Part shown: piece after piece, positions 9,291 to 20,332 of the stretch | Layout: every line of letters starts with the position of its first letter | How positions within the stretch are numbered: the first letter of the stretch is position 1 | Source of the DNA: an uncultured Spirochaetota bacterium | Lineage (GTDB): Bacteria; Spirochaetota; Spirochaetia; SZUA-6; Fen-1364 | Reading direction: 5' to 3' | NCBI GenBank assembly: GCA_963745235.1 | Contig: CAVUXE010000083.1 | Location: 1-44,027 of the forward strand | Length of the DNA: 44,027 bases | Translations under genes and position numbers: made by a program | The notes under the pieces: generated by a model | Database searches by the model: none | What the model was told of the DNA's origin: nothing | Seen by the model: the letters and a program-made list of their open reading frames with translations, nothing else

Positions 9291-10484
9291 TCAGCGGAGC
9301 GCCCCCGCGCCAGCTCTGTCGCGCATCGTCGCCTTCCGGGTGAGCTGCCCGAGGCGGGCACCGGCCTCCCGCAGGGTGTCGACTTTCTTTGCGAAATGAA
9401 ACCGCACAAACCGGTGGACCTCCTCGTGGAAGAAGCTCGAACCGGGCACCCCTGCCACGCCGACCTCCCGCGCCATCCACTCGCAGAAGCCGACATCATC
9501 CCCGGCGCAGAGCCGCTCAACGTCCACCATGACATAGTAGGCGCCCTGCGGCGCCGTGTAGGCAAGCCCGGCATCATCAAGGGCCCTGAGGAACACGGCG
9601 CGCCGCTCGGCGTACCCCGCTGCGAGTGATTCATAGTACGAGTCGGGGAAGCGGAGCGCTGTCACCGCTGCCTCCTGGAGCGGAGCCGCGGCTCCGACGG
9701 TCAGGAAGTCATGGACTTTCCGCACATTGCCGATCACCCGTTCCGGGGCAATGACGTAGCCGATGCGCCAGCCCGTTATCGAGTAGGTCTTGGAAAGCGC
9801 GCTGCAGGAAATGGTCCGCTCGAGCATGCCCGGCAGGGCGCAGAAGTAGGTGTGGGTGTTCGGCGCGTAGACGATGTGCTCGTACACCTCGTCGGTGATC
9901 ACGAAAGCGTCGAACTCCTCCGCAAGGCCCGCGATGACCGTGAGCTCTTCGCGGGAAAACACCTTGCCGGTTGGATTGGCCGGGTTGCAGAGGATCAGGG
10001 CCTTGGGCCTGGTCTGGAATGCCCGCCGCAGCTCCTGCCGATCGAAGTCGAAGGACGGGGGATGCAGCGGCACATGGACCGGCACTGCCCCGCTGAGGAT
10101 GGCATCCGCCGCATAGTTCTCGTAGAAAGGCGAGAAGACGATCACCCGGTCCCCGGGCTCGCACACGGCCATCATTGCCGACATCATGGCCTCCGTCGCG
10201 CCGCAGGTGACGACAATGTGCCTGTCCGGATCAACGGGCAGGCCCGTGAACCGGGACTGCTTTCGGGCAAGGGCCTCCCGGAAGTTCGGCGCTCCCCACG
10301 TGATGGCATACTGGTGGGGACCCGCGAGAGAGACGGCGCGAAGCGCCTCCATCAGCTCGCGAGGGGGGTCGAAATCAGGAAACCCCTGGGACAGGTTGAT
10401 TGCCCCGTGCGCATTCGCCACCCGGGTCATCCGCCGGATGACGGATTCCGTGAAACCATCAAGACGCGTATTGAGTCCTGGCAT
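9291..10484 (-). CDS. PLP-dependent aminotransferase class I/II
   Basis: 'AINLSQGFPDF', 'NPANPTG', 'DEVY', 'SKTYSITGWRIG'. Confidence 0.93.
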   Translation of the reverse strand: MPGLNTRLDGFTESVIRRMTRVANAHGAINLSQGFPDFDPPRELMEALRAVSLAGPHQYAITWGAPNFREALARKQSRFTGLPVDPDRHIVVTCGATEAMMSAMMAVCEPGDRVIVFSPFYENYAADAILSGAVPVHVPLHPPSFDFDRQELRRAFQTRPKALILCNPANPTGKVFSREELTVIAGLAEEFDAFVITDEVYEHIVYAPNTHTYFCALPGMLERTISCSALSKTYSITGWRIGYVIAPERVIGNVRKVHDFLTVGAAAPLQEAAVTALRFPDSYYESLAAGYAERRAVFLRALDDAGLAYTAPQGAYYVMVDVERLCAGDDVGFCEWMAREVGVAGVPGSSFFHEEVHRFVRFHFAKKVDTLREAGARLGQLTRKATMRDRAGAGALR

Positions 10485-10504
10485 GAGTCGAAGGTACTGA
10501 AACC

Positions 10505-10532
10505 TTGACCCGGCCGTCCTGGTGTGTATGCT
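10505..10532 (+). promoter_or_regulatory. Sigma70-type promoter of SET gene
   Basis: TTGACC-16-TATGCT, ATG 8 nt downstream, no SD. Confidence 0.5.
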
Positions 10533-10540
10533 CCACACAT

Positions 10541-11008
10541 ATGAAGCTTGTTGTCAGGAGCGCCACCCATGGGCGGGGGGTGTTCACCGAGGAGCCCATA
10601 CCCACCGCCGCCCGGATCATCCGCTTCACGGGTCCCTTCCTTCGCTACGAGGAGACCAGCCCGACCACCTACGCGCTGCAGATAGGTCCCGACCTGTACA
10701 TCGGAGCGTCGGGCGGACCGGACGACTTCATCAACCACTCCTGCGAGCCGAATGCGGGGCTGCGCATACGCGGCACCACCGTGGACCTGTATGCAATTCG
10801 GGACATTGCGGAGGGGGAGGAGATACTCTTCGATTATTCCACCACGCTGGACGAGGATGACTTCACCATGAGCTGCCAGTGCGGCGCGCCGTCCTGCCGA
10901 AAGACCATCGGCGACGGAAAGTACCTGCCGGACGACGTATGGCAACGGTACGTCGGCCTGGGGATAATCCCCGAGTACGTGAAAAGGAGCCGGGCCGCGC
11001 GGAAGTGA
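10541..11008 (+). CDS. SET domain protein-lysine methyltransferase with post-SET Cys
   Basis: 'HGRGVF', 'FINHSCEPN', 'EEILFDY', 'CQCGAPSCR'. Confidence 0.93.
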   Translation: MKLVVRSATHGRGVFTEEPIPTAARIIRFTGPFLRYEETSPTTYALQIGPDLYIGASGGPDDFINHSCEPNAGLRIRGTTVDLYAIRDIAEGEEILFDYSTTLDEDDFTMSCQCGAPSCRKTIGDGKYLPDDVWQRYVGLGIIPEYVKRSRAARK

Positions 11009-11071
11009 ACCGCCGGCGCGGGCGGCCATAAAACCATGGCCGACGAACGGCGCACAGACTATTATCAAGAC

Positions 11072-13141
11072 ATGGACATGCAATACCTGCTCCTGGCCGT
11101 GCTCGCGGGAGGGGTCGTGGCGCTTCTCTATGCCCTTGTGCGGGCCCGGTGGATAGACCGCCAACCGGCCGGAGAGGAAGCCCTGCGCCGCATCAGCGGC
11201 TACATCTCCCAGGGCGCCATGACCTTCCTCGGTCGTGAGTACCGCGCCCTTGTGCCTTTCGTGATCGTGGCCGGCGGGTTCCTCGCTGCCGTGAACTGGG
11301 GACGCCTGAGCTTCCAGGGGTTGTCCTTTGCCGCGGGGCCGGCTGCTCCGCGCTTGCCGGCTTCATCGGGATGCGGGTCGCCACGGCGGCGAACGTTCGA
11401 ACGACGCACGCCGCCCAGTCGGGCATGCCGGGTGCGCTGCGGGTGGCGTTCGTCGGCGGGAGCGTGATGGGCATGTCCGTGGTCGGACTGGGGCTTGTCG
11501 GGGTAAGCGCTGTCATCCTCGTCACGATCTCGATCCTGGGAGCCCGGATGTCGATCCTCCTGGACGTGGTGACGCCCCTCCTGACGGGGTTCGCGCTGGG
11601 CGGCTCCTCCATAGCGCTGTTCATGCGGGTGGGAGGCGGGATCTACACGAAGGCGGCTGACATCGGAGCAGACCTGGTGGGAAAGCTGGAGGCCGGCATC
11701 CCGGAAGACGATCCTCGAAACCCGGCAACCATCGCGGACAACGTGGGAGACAACGTGGGCGATGTTGCGGGGATGGGCGCGGACCTCTTCGAGTCGTACG
11801 TCGGCGCCCTCGTGGGGAGCATGATCCTGGGCGTCGCAGCGGCGAGCTCCGACCTGATGCGCCTCCGGCTGGCGGGGCTGCCTCTCATCCTCTGCGCGCT
11901 CGGGATACTCGCCTCGATTGCCGGGACGTTCCTCGTGCGCGTTCGAAAGGACGGGTCGCCTCAGCGGGCGCTCAACACGGGCACTTTTGGCGCCGCGGCG
12001 CTCGCCGCCGTCCTTGCCTATCCCGCCACGGTGCTCATGGTGGGACGGGACGGCGGGACGGGCGCACCGGAGGTCAACCAGATATTTCTTGCCTTCATCA
12101 CCGGACTTGCCGCAGGGGCGCTCATCGGCTTCATCACCGAGTTCTTCACGGGGACCGGCAGAAGCCCCGTCAAGGCCATCGTGAGGGCATCCGAAACAGG
12201 GCCTGCCACAACCATCATCACCGGCGTGGGAGTCGGGATGCTGTCCAGCATGCCCGGTGGTCCTGGTCCTGGGCGCCGCTCTCCTGGGAAGCTACGCGTT
12301 TGCAGGCCTCTACGGGGTGGGGATTGCGGCCCTCGGGATGCTTGGCACGCTGGGCATACAGCTCGCCGTGGATGCGTACGGCCCCATTGCCGACAACGCC
12401 GGGGGCATCGCGGAGATGGCGGAGCTGGCACCCGAGGTGCGCCACATCACCGACAGCCTCGACGCGGTGGGCAATACGACCGCGGCAATCGGCAAGGGCT
12501 TCGCGGTCGGATCCGCCACGCTGGCGGCCATCAGCCTGTTCTCCGCTTTCAAGGAGCAGGCCGGGGCGAAGGTAATAGACATCGCGGATATCCGCGTTCT
12601 TGCCGGGATCTTCCTTGGCGCTGGAATTCCGTTCCTTTTCTCTTCCCTGGCCATCGGCGCAATTGGCCGCGCGGCATTCGCCATGATCCAGGAGGTCCGA
12701 CGCCAGTTCCGCGAAAGGCCCGGGATCCTCACGGACTCGGAGAGCCCCGACTACAACAAGTGCATCGACATCAGCACGCGGTCCGCGCTGCGGGAGATGA
12801 TCCTTCCCGGGCTGACGGCTCTCGTTTCACCGCTCCTGGTCGGCTTCCTGGGCGGCATCGAGATGCTCATTGGCCTCCTTGCCGGGGTGACCTCCAGCGG
12901 GCTCATCCTGGACGTCTTCATGGCAAACTCGGGAGGGGCGTGGGACAACGCGAAGAAGATGATCGAGTCACGAGCCACGAGCGGAAAGGGATCAGAAGCC
13001 CACCGGGCGGCGGTTGTGGGAGACACCGTGGGGGACCCGTTCAAGGACACCGCGGGGCCATCCATCAACATCCTCATCAAGACCATGAGCGTCATTTCTC
13101 TGGTGATCGCCCCGATGCTCAGGCAATACTGGGGGAGGTAG
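11072..13141 (+). CDS. hppA: Membrane-bound ion-translocating pyrophosphatase, K+-dependent type (likely Na+-PPase); frameshifts ~11340 and ~12255
   Basis: [46 protein letters not shown] (Ala = K+-dependent), [14 protein letters not shown] spread over consecutive frames. Confidence 0.93.
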
Positions 13142-13142
13142 C

Positions 13143-13925
13143 ATGGAGTACCAGAACAGGCTCTACGTGATCCTGCATCCCACGACGGCCCTCATCGGGT
13201 CGCAGTACACACCCGAGCAGCTGGCCCGGCACTACACCGTCGGCCCCACGCGGCACTACCGGGGCAAGGTGCTCTTTGCGGAAGTGGACATCGCGTTTCG
13301 AAACCCGTACTTCCGCATAGATTCCGCCGTCGTGGAGCTGAAGCCGCACGAGGACGGACGGCCCAAGGCCACGAAGTTCATCTCCTGCTACCGGGTGCTG
13401 GAGCACATCGATCTTTCGGCTCTGAAGAACCTCTATCTCAGCTCGGAGGAGGGCCACTGCCTGGAGATCGAGGCACGGCCCTTTCCGGGCCAGGAGCCCG
13501 AGGGGGAAAACATCTACGCGGAGATTTCCCCGCTTCGCATGCTGGTGCTTTCCAAGCTGAACTTCGTGGATTTCGGACGATTCATCACCGACCCCGACAA
13601 CTCCATCGGCGCTCCCACGTTCCTCTACACCCAGCTGGACCTGAACGTGGCGGAGTTCATGGCCGAATACGAGCACAACCCTTTCATGCAGCCGCCAATC
13701 GTGAACCTGCATCCTTCCATCCTGCGGGATGCGGTCCAGGAGCTGCGCACGGTGGGGTACAAGAGCAACAAGGGGCTGAGCCTTCGCAGCAACCTCGACA
13801 ACGTGTCCTACAAGCTTATCAAGAAGGGTTTCATGATCTCTTCCGGGCGGGACCAGAAGTTCTACCCGATGCCTTCCCTGGCGGAGATAGAAAAGAGGAA
13901 CCTCAGGTTCTGGCGAAGCCTCTGA
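13143..13925 (+). CDS. Conserved hypothetical cytoplasmic protein, coupled to hppA
   Basis: 260-aa ORF with GC3-type codon bias, SD ggagg, starts 1 nt after hppA stop. Confidence 0.8.
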   Translation: MEYQNRLYVILHPTTALIGSQYTPEQLARHYTVGPTRHYRGKVLFAEVDIAFRNPYFRIDSAVVELKPHEDGRPKATKFISCYRVLEHIDLSALKNLYLSSEEGHCLEIEARPFPGQEPEGENIYAEISPLRMLVLSKLNFVDFGRFITDPDNSIGAPTFLYTQLDLNVAEFMAEYEHNPFMQPPIVNLHPSILRDAVQELRTVGYKSNKGLSLRSNLDNVSYKLIKKGFMISSGRDQKFYPMPSLAEIEKRNLRFWRSL

Positions 13926-13970
13926 GCCTGGAGCCGCGGACAGCGTGCCCGCTGACCGGACCCGCGGCAC

Positions 13971-15350
13971 CTATGCCAGGGGGGCAAGCTCCCCGAGCAT
14001 CGTCGGAATCAGCTCTGACAGCGTCGGATGGATGTGCATGGCCCTCTGGAGCACCATGTATGGGACCCCCGCGTACATGACGTCCAGGATGCAGTGGATG
14101 GCCTCGTCCCCTCCGATCCCGAGCACCGACGCTCCCAGGATCCTCTTCGTCTCCGCGTTCACGAGGATCTTCATGAATCCCTGCGCCCTGCCCTTTTCAA
14201 CTGCCCGGCCCACGCGGGTCATTGGCCGCTTTGCCATGAGCGCCGGAATGCCCTGGCGGCGCACATCAGCCTCCGTGAGGCCGGCCCTGCCGAGTGGCGG
14301 GTCGATGTACATGGCGTATGCCTGGATACGGTCTGACACGCGTCGGTTCTGTCCGTCCAGGAGGTTCGCTGCCACGATCTCGAAGTCATTGTACGACGTG
14401 TGGGTGAAGGCGCCCATGCCGTTGCAGTCTCCCAGGGCCCAGATGCCGGGGACGCTCGTTCCAAGCGCGTCATCCACCTGGATGTAGCCAAGGGCGTCGA
14501 CGGCAACCCCGGCCTTGTCCAGCCCGAGATCGTCGGTGTTCGGCCGCCTGCCGACCGCAAGAAGCAGGTGAGAGGCGCGCACCTCCGGAGCGCCGTCGCT
14601 GCAGGAGACGCGGACCAGCACGTCCCCCCTGTCGCGCGCAACGCTCATGCATTCCGCACCCAGGCGCACGTTCACTCCTTCGGACAGAAGGATGTCCCTG
14701 ATGCCGTCCGAGATATCCTGGTCCTCCCGGCCGGCAAGCCGGGGTCCCTTTTCGATGACAGTCACTTCGCTTCCGAAGCGCCGGTACATCTGGGCGAACT
14801 CCAGGCTCACGTAGCTTCCGCCAATGATGGCCAGGTGCCGGGGGAGAAAATCCACCTCCATCATCGATGAGTTTGTCAGGTAATCCACGGTGTCCAGACC
14901 CGGCATGGCAGGGACAAGCGCCCGGCCGCCGGTGTTGAGGAAGATGCGCTCCGCGGTGAGCAGCTCATCTGCGACCCTCACCTGCCGGGAAGACTCCAGC
15001 CTGCCATGCCCTTCGTAGACAGTGCAGTTGTCCATGCTCTTCAGCCAGGTCTCGAGGCCTGTCCGTGACTGCCCCGACAGGTCGTCCTTGCGGGCCTTTA
15101 CTTTCTTCATGTCAACGCGGATGTCACCCGCCACGCTGATGCCGAAATCCGCGGCACGGCGGGCGACGTAGGCCGCCTCCGCGCTCGCCACCATCGTCTT
15201 CGTCGGGATGCAGCCGGTGTTGACGCACGTTCCGCCGAAGAGCTTCCGCTCGATGACCGCGACCTTCATCCCGGCGCCGGTGAGGCGTCCGGCGAGGGGG
15301 GGGCCTGCCTGGCCGGTGCCAATGATGATGGCATCAAATGTTTTCGCCAT
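13971..15350 (-). CDS. Flavoprotein disulfide oxidoreductase (MerA/RclA/LpdA-like)
   Basis: GTGQAG FAD loop, GGTCVNTGCIPTK redox disulfide, HIHPTLSE; no C-terminal Cys-Cys. Confidence 0.9.
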   Translation of the reverse strand: MAKTFDAIIIGTGQAGPPLAGRLTGAGMKVAVIERKLFGGTCVNTGCIPTKTMVASAEAAYVARRAADFGISVAGDIRVDMKKVKARKDDLSGQSRTGLETWLKSMDNCTVYEGHGRLESSRQVRVADELLTAERIFLNTGGRALVPAMPGLDTVDYLTNSSMMEVDFLPRHLAIIGGSYVSLEFAQMYRRFGSEVTVIEKGPRLAGREDQDISDGIRDILLSEGVNVRLGAECMSVARDRGDVLVRVSCSDGAPEVRASHLLLAVGRRPNTDDLGLDKAGVAVDALGYIQVDDALGTSVPGIWALGDCNGMGAFTHTSYNDFEIVAANLLDGQNRRVSDRIQAYAMYIDPPLGRAGLTEADVRRQGIPALMAKRPMTRVGRAVEKGRAQGFMKILVNAETKRILGASVLGIGGDEAIHCILDVMYAGVPYMVLQRAMHIHPTLSELIPTMLGELAPLA

Positions 15351-15408
15351 GACACGATAATAGCGAATCCCCCACCCCGCCGAACATCACATTCTGGAAT
15401 GCGGGAAA

Positions 15409-16110
15409 TCAGCGGTCGTGATAGAGGACCCGAACCGATGCAAGGATCTCACGCGCTGTTGTGATTCCTTCGAGGCCGGGCGTGATGTTTCCGTCACGCC
15501 CGTCCACGGACCCCGTCCCAATGGGCGCAAGGTCAGCGGCCGACTCCCCCGTGCCGATGTCGATGGGGCCGGCGTAGACCACGGACGGCTGGCCGTTGAC
15601 GCCTGAGTTTGCCCTCGTGTAGCGCTCGTTGTAATCAAAGCTGTTGTTGACTTCGAGCTTGACGACATACGCGCCCGCCTGGAGTCCGGCGCCCAGCGGA
15701 GACTGGACCCGCAGCGTGCCGGCAGGCGTCGCACCGGTGACAGCGTCAGCGGACAAGGAAGCCTGCGCCCGGGCATGCGACCACACGGGCAGCGCTTCCG
15801 GCCTCCCGGATGAAGGAGCGCCGAACCATTTCCTGGTCACGACCTTTGCCGTGACATAGATGGTGCCCAGGTACTTCCCGTCCGGCGCCTCTATCCAGCA
15901 GGCGATCTGTGGGGACGTCGTGATGCTGAAAATCAGGAAGCGCCCGGAATGGCGAAAATAGGGTCCCGGAACCAGGTCCAGCTCGAGTCTCTGGCCGTTG
16001 ACGTCGACGGCGGAGGCCTGCGGTCGACGCGGCGAGCAGGAGGTGAGCATCAGGACCGCGGCCAGCGAGCACAGGAACAGCGCGAGCGCCGTGCGCAGGG
16101 GATGTTTCAT
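15409..16110 (-). CDS. DUF2271-type lipoprotein
   Basis: Signal ending LMLTSC; 'PQIACWIE..DGKYLGTIYVT', 'RPEALPVW', 'DAVTGAT', 'NGQPSVVY'. Confidence 0.75.
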   Translation of the reverse strand: MKHPLRTALALFLCSLAAVLMLTSCSPRRPQASAVDVNGQRLELDLVPGPYFRHSGRFLIFSITTSPQIACWIEAPDGKYLGTIYVTAKVVTRKWFGAPSSGRPEALPVWSHARAQASLSADAVTGATPAGTLRVQSPLGAGLQAGAYVVKLEVNNSFDYNERYTRANSGVNGQPSVVYAGPIDIGTGESAADLAPIGTGSVDGRDGNITPGLEGITTAREILASVRVLYHDR

Positions 16111-16258
16111 GGCAGCTTCTCCTTGGTTTGATCCCATTCTACCCTACGGCCTGCGTGAGGGCAAGGACGCGGGAGCAAGGAAGCGCGGCGCTTGGCGCGG
16201 AGGACTGAAGGCTGTCATCCAGCTGTTCACGTGCCGCGAAATTTCCTATCCTGTCGCC

Positions 16259-16765
16259 GTGGAATATGAAGGTGCGTTCAGCGGCAATCGCCTTGAGGAC
16301 TTCACGCTGGCGACCCGCCTGGTAACGGAGCTCTGGGAGCCTGAGCTTCCCCTGGCCTCCAACCTGGCAAACGTGTCAGCGCTCCTCAAACAGTGCCTTG
16401 GCCGCACGAACTGGGTCGGTTTCTACCTCATGAACGGACAGGGCTCGCAGCTGGTCCTCGGACCTTTCCAGGGACTTCCGGCCTGCACCAGGATCCTCGT
16501 CGGAAAAGGCGTGTGCGGGACCGCCGCGGCCACGCGAAAGACCCAGCTCGTTCCCGATGTCCACGAGTTTCCGGGCCACATCTCGTGTGACGGCGCAAGC
16601 CTTTCGGAAATGGTGGTTCCCATCATCCGCAGGGATTCAGTGCTCGGGGTCCTGGACATTGACAGCCCGGAGAAAGCGCGGTTCGACACGGTGGACCAGG
16701 AATGGCTCGAAAGGGTGGTCCAGGAGCTGGTCAAGCTCTGGCCTGTCGCCTGGCCGGGGTGGTGA
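16259..16765 (+). CDS. msrC: GAF-domain free methionine-(R)-sulfoxide reductase
   Basis: 'NWVGFYL', 'LGPFQGLPACTRI..GKGVCG', 'FPGHISCD.AS.SE', 'VLDIDSP'; GTG start. Confidence 0.88.
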   Translation: MEYEGAFSGNRLEDFTLATRLVTELWEPELPLASNLANVSALLKQCLGRTNWVGFYLMNGQGSQLVLGPFQGLPACTRILVGKGVCGTAAATRKTQLVPDVHEFPGHISCDGASLSEMVVPIIRRDSVLGVLDIDSPEKARFDTVDQEWLERVVQELVKLWPVAWPGW

Positions 16766-16779
16766 TTCCGTTCCGTCAG

Positions 16780-17406
16780 TCAATTCGAAAAGGAGGGCGG
16801 GAACCGCATGCCGCCCTCAGCAAGGTGCGCCAGCATGATCCCGGCGGCCTCGTCCGGGGAGAGGGACTTGGGCTTTGAAGTCTTCCACGGCACGGGCAGC
16901 TTCTTCGCCAGGGAAGGGACCAGCCCGATGCGGTTGAACCGGACGACCGTGCAGTCCAGGTTGCTCTCCATGATGACGCGCAGCGCCTCGTCCACTTTCT
17001 CCAGGGCCGACTGCCCGATCAACTCCAGGGCTCTCCGCATGACCCGGCGCGAGCCGAAGAGTGTCTCTCCCATGTAGGGGACACCGGAGCCGGTCTGCCA
17101 CACGAGGCGCTTCACTCCCACCCGCTTCATGGCCGTCACCACCGCGGAGGCGGCCCGCTTGGTGGAGTCCGGGGAAATACCCGCATCCGGCCCGAGCACG
17201 GTCAGGACGACTTCCACGTCCTTGAGGGCGCGCTCCAGTGCGGCTTCGTCCTTGGCATCCCCCCTGATGATCGTGAGAGCCTTGTCCGAAAGCCGAAGGA
17301 ATACGGGAAAACGCACGAAGGCAACGACGCGATGCCCCGCTTCGAGCGCCTTGCGGACGAGGCGCCGCCCCAGACGTCCTGACGCTCCCAGAACTGCAAT
17401 GATCAC
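16780..17406 (-). CDS. NAD(P)H-binding oxidoreductase (atypical SDR / flavin reductase-like)
   Basis: N-terminal 'IAVLGASGRLG', 'GHRVVAFVR', 'LDCTVVR'. Confidence 0.85.
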   Translation of the reverse strand: MIIAVLGASGRLGRRLVRKALEAGHRVVAFVRFPVFLRLSDKALTIIRGDAKDEAALERALKDVEVVLTVLGPDAGISPDSTKRAASAVVTAMKRVGVKRLVWQTGSGVPYMGETLFGSRRVMRRALELIGQSALEKVDEALRVIMESNLDCTVVRFNRIGLVPSLAKKLPVPWKTSKPKSLSPDEAAGIMLAHLAEGGMRFPPSFSN

Positions 17407-17514
17407 GACTAAAGTATATCAAGTTCCCCGACGCAAGGGAACGGCCATTTCCGACAGGCTGGACCGCCCCGCCGAACGGCACCGCGGTGACACGATCCGG
17501 CCGGTTGGGTGTTC

Positions 17515-17786
17515 ATGAATACCCTTCTGCTCTGGCGGCAGCACACGCAGGGGGTGATCCTGGAAAGATGGGCTGACATCCTGTGGGCCGCCGACATCTC
17601 TCTGGGAGCGCAGATAGTCGGCAACCTGCTCCTGTGCTTTTGTCGGCCACTCCTGTTCACCGCGTTCATGCCACGCTGGTAAAGGTGCTGACCATCATCG
17701 GGATTGGCGGCGCGCTGATCGGGCTCGTGGTCGAGCTGGCGCGGCTCATCCGCGGGGCCAGCCGACTTACAGAAAACGCTCCATGA
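17515..17786 (+). CDS. Small hypothetical membrane protein, frameshifted or degraded
   Basis: ATG 17515 frame gives '...ISLGAQIVGNLLL'; another frame gives TM 'VLTIIGIGGALIGLVVELARLI'. Confidence 0.35.
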
Positions 17787-19202
17787 GCTGCGGCACCGTC
17801 AGGCTCTCCAATCGCCTGCGGTCTTTGAAGAGCGTGAGGATCTCGTCGACCCGGTCCGCGCGCAGCTCTCCGGAGAGGTTTTCCCGCAGCTTGTCGAACA
17901 GCAGCGGCAGACCCTCGGCGCGTCGACGCCTGTGGCCAATGGGGTACTCCACCGCGACCTCTCTCCGTGCAGCTCCCGTCATCGAAGAAGATCTGCAGGG
18001 AGTTTGCAATGGAGCGCTTCTCCGGATCCAGGTAGTCGGCGGTGTAGCGGGGGTCTTCTTCCATCTCCATGCGCTCCCGCAGCCGGTCGATGCGGGGGTC
18101 GCGCGCCGTTTCTTCCTCGTAGTGCTCGGCGCGCAGGTCGCCGTGGATCAGCGCGACGGCAACCGCGTACTGGAGGCAGTGGTCGCGGTCCGCCGGGTTG
18201 GCAGAGCGGGCCGCGCTTGTCGATGATGCGAAGCGCCGACTCCTGCGTGTCGGATGTGGATGCGCCTGATGCGGTCCAGGCGATCCTTCACCCGGGCGTG
18301 GAGGGCAAGGGCGGCCTCGACGGCGGTCTGCGCGTGGAACTCGGCGGGGAAGGAGATCTTGAAGAGGATGTTCTCCGCGACGTAGGAGCCGAAGGGCCGG
18401 CCCACGCGCAGGGGCTGCCCCTTCATGACAGCGTCCTGGAATCCCCACCGCGGGGCGGAGAGCGCCGTGGCGTAGCCCGGCTCTCCCGCCATCCCCATGA
18501 GGGCCAGGCGCACGCCCCGGGCCGTCGCGTCCCCCGCGGCCCAGGACTTGCGAGCGCCCGTGTTCGGCGCGTGGCGGTAGGTCCGAAGCGGACCCAGGTC
18601 GATCCACGCGTTGGAGAGGACATCCGCGATCCGCTGCGCGTCGCCGCCCAGCAGCCACGTGGCCGTGGCGGCAGTGGCCACCTTGACCAGGATGACGTGA
18701 TCCAGGCCCACGCGGTTGAACGAGTTCTCCAGGGCCAGGATGCCCTGGATCTCGTACGCCTTGATCTGGGCTTCCAGCAGCTGCCGCACGGTCACGGGCC
18801 GCCGGCCCCGGCTTTCTCCTGCGGCTCACCCAGTCGGCGACTGCCAGCAGGCCGCCGAGATTGTCCGAGGGGTGGCCCCATTCCGCGGCAAGCCAGGTGT
18901 CGTTGTAGTCCAGCCAGCGGATCATGGAGCCGATGTTGAACGCGGCCTGCACGGGGTCCAGCTCGAAGGCCGGTCCCCGGCACCCTGGCTCCCGGCGACA
19001 TCACCGCGCCCGTCCACGACGGGTCCCAGCCTGCGTCGGCATTCCGGGAACTGCAGCGCAAGCATGGCGCAGCCCAGGCTGTCCGCGAGGCTCCAGGACG
19101 CCGCGTCCAAGGCCGCGTCGCTCTCGATCGGGCGCTCGCACGACGTAGTCGGCAATGTCGGCGAGAAGCCGTCGGTGCCGCGTCCGCCCGGCGTGCGCTC
19201 AT
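17767..19202 (-). CDS. prpD: 2-methylcitrate dehydratase (multiple frameshifts)
   Basis: '[10 protein letters not shown]', '[21 protein letters not shown]', 'RKSWAAGDA', '[16 protein letters not shown]', '[11 protein letters not shown]', '[11 protein letters not shown]' in successive frames. Confidence 0.92.
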
Positions 19203-20332
19203 TCCGCTTCGTCCGCCACCAGCGGGACATACACCCGGGGCTCGGGGCCGGTGTATCGGCTGATGGGACGGATCAGCTTGTTGTTGGAGCGCTGCTCGAT
19301 GATGTGCGCCATCCAGCCGCTGATGCGCGCCAGGACGAACATGGGCGTGTACAGCTCGGTCGGGATGCCGCAGAACCGGTAGGCAAGGGCGCTGTAGAAG
19401 TCCAGGTTGGGGAACAGCTTCTTTGCATCCCACATCACGCTGCTCGATCCGCTCGGCGACGTCGAACAGGCGTTTCTGCTCGGGATCCGACGGCCAGCCT
19501 GCCCGCCCACTCCTTGATGACCGGTGGAGCGGGGATCGGAGACCGTGTAGATGCGGTGTCCGAAGCCCATGATCTTTTCCTTGCGCTCCAGCCGTCCAAG
19601 GATCCCCCTCTCGGCTTCATCGGGGTCCGCGGTACGCCTCGATCAGCTTCATGGCCTCCTCGTTCGCGCCGCCGTGCAGCGGTCCCGCAAGGGCGCCGAT
19701 GGCCCCGGCCACGGCGGAGTGAACGTCTGACATCGTGCTGATGATGACGCGCGCCGCGAACGTGGACGCGTTGAACTCGTGCTCCGCGTACAGGATGAGC
19801 GACACATCCAGGCACCTGCGCAGGTCTTCCGCGGGCAGGCTGTCCGTGCAGCCCGTGGAGGAAGTAGCCGGCCAGCGTATCCTCGTTCTCGGGCAGGTCC
19901 CTGCCAAGGCGCTGCAGGACAACGGATGGAAGCACGGCCAGCAGCCTGTCCGCCGTTCGCCAGCACGTCCCTGCCTGCTCCGGCTCGAGGTTGCCCAGCA
20001 GGGAGACGGCAGTTCGCAGGATGCCCATCATGCTGTCCCCGGGAGGGATCTCTCTCAGCACCCGGGAGAGAACAGGCGGCAGCTGCCGCAGCTTTCTGCA
20101 GCTTCTGGCGGTACTCGGCAAGCTCTGCGGGCGCGGGAAGCTCGCCCCGCAAGAGGAGCCATGCCACCTCTTCGAAGCCCGCATGCGCGGCCAGGTCCTC
20201 GATGGAGTATCCGCGGTAGCTCAAGCCCCGGCCCTCGATCCCGACAGTGCAGATGGCGGAGTCTGCGGCCACGATGCCCGCAAGGCCGCCAACCTTCTTC
20301 ACGTCGGCGAACTTGCGTTCGTACTCAGCCAT
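19199..20332 (-). CDS. prpC: 2-methylcitrate synthase (multiple frameshifts)
   Basis: 'GLAGIVA..SAICTV...LSYRGY', '[17 protein letters not shown]', 'GPLHGGANE', 'MGFGHRIY...DPR', 'FPNLDF', 'NNKLIRP'. Confidence 0.92.

Noticed and set aside
13971-15350. Mercuric reductase MerA
   Set aside because: No C-terminal Cys-Cys, no NmerA domain and no mer genes nearby
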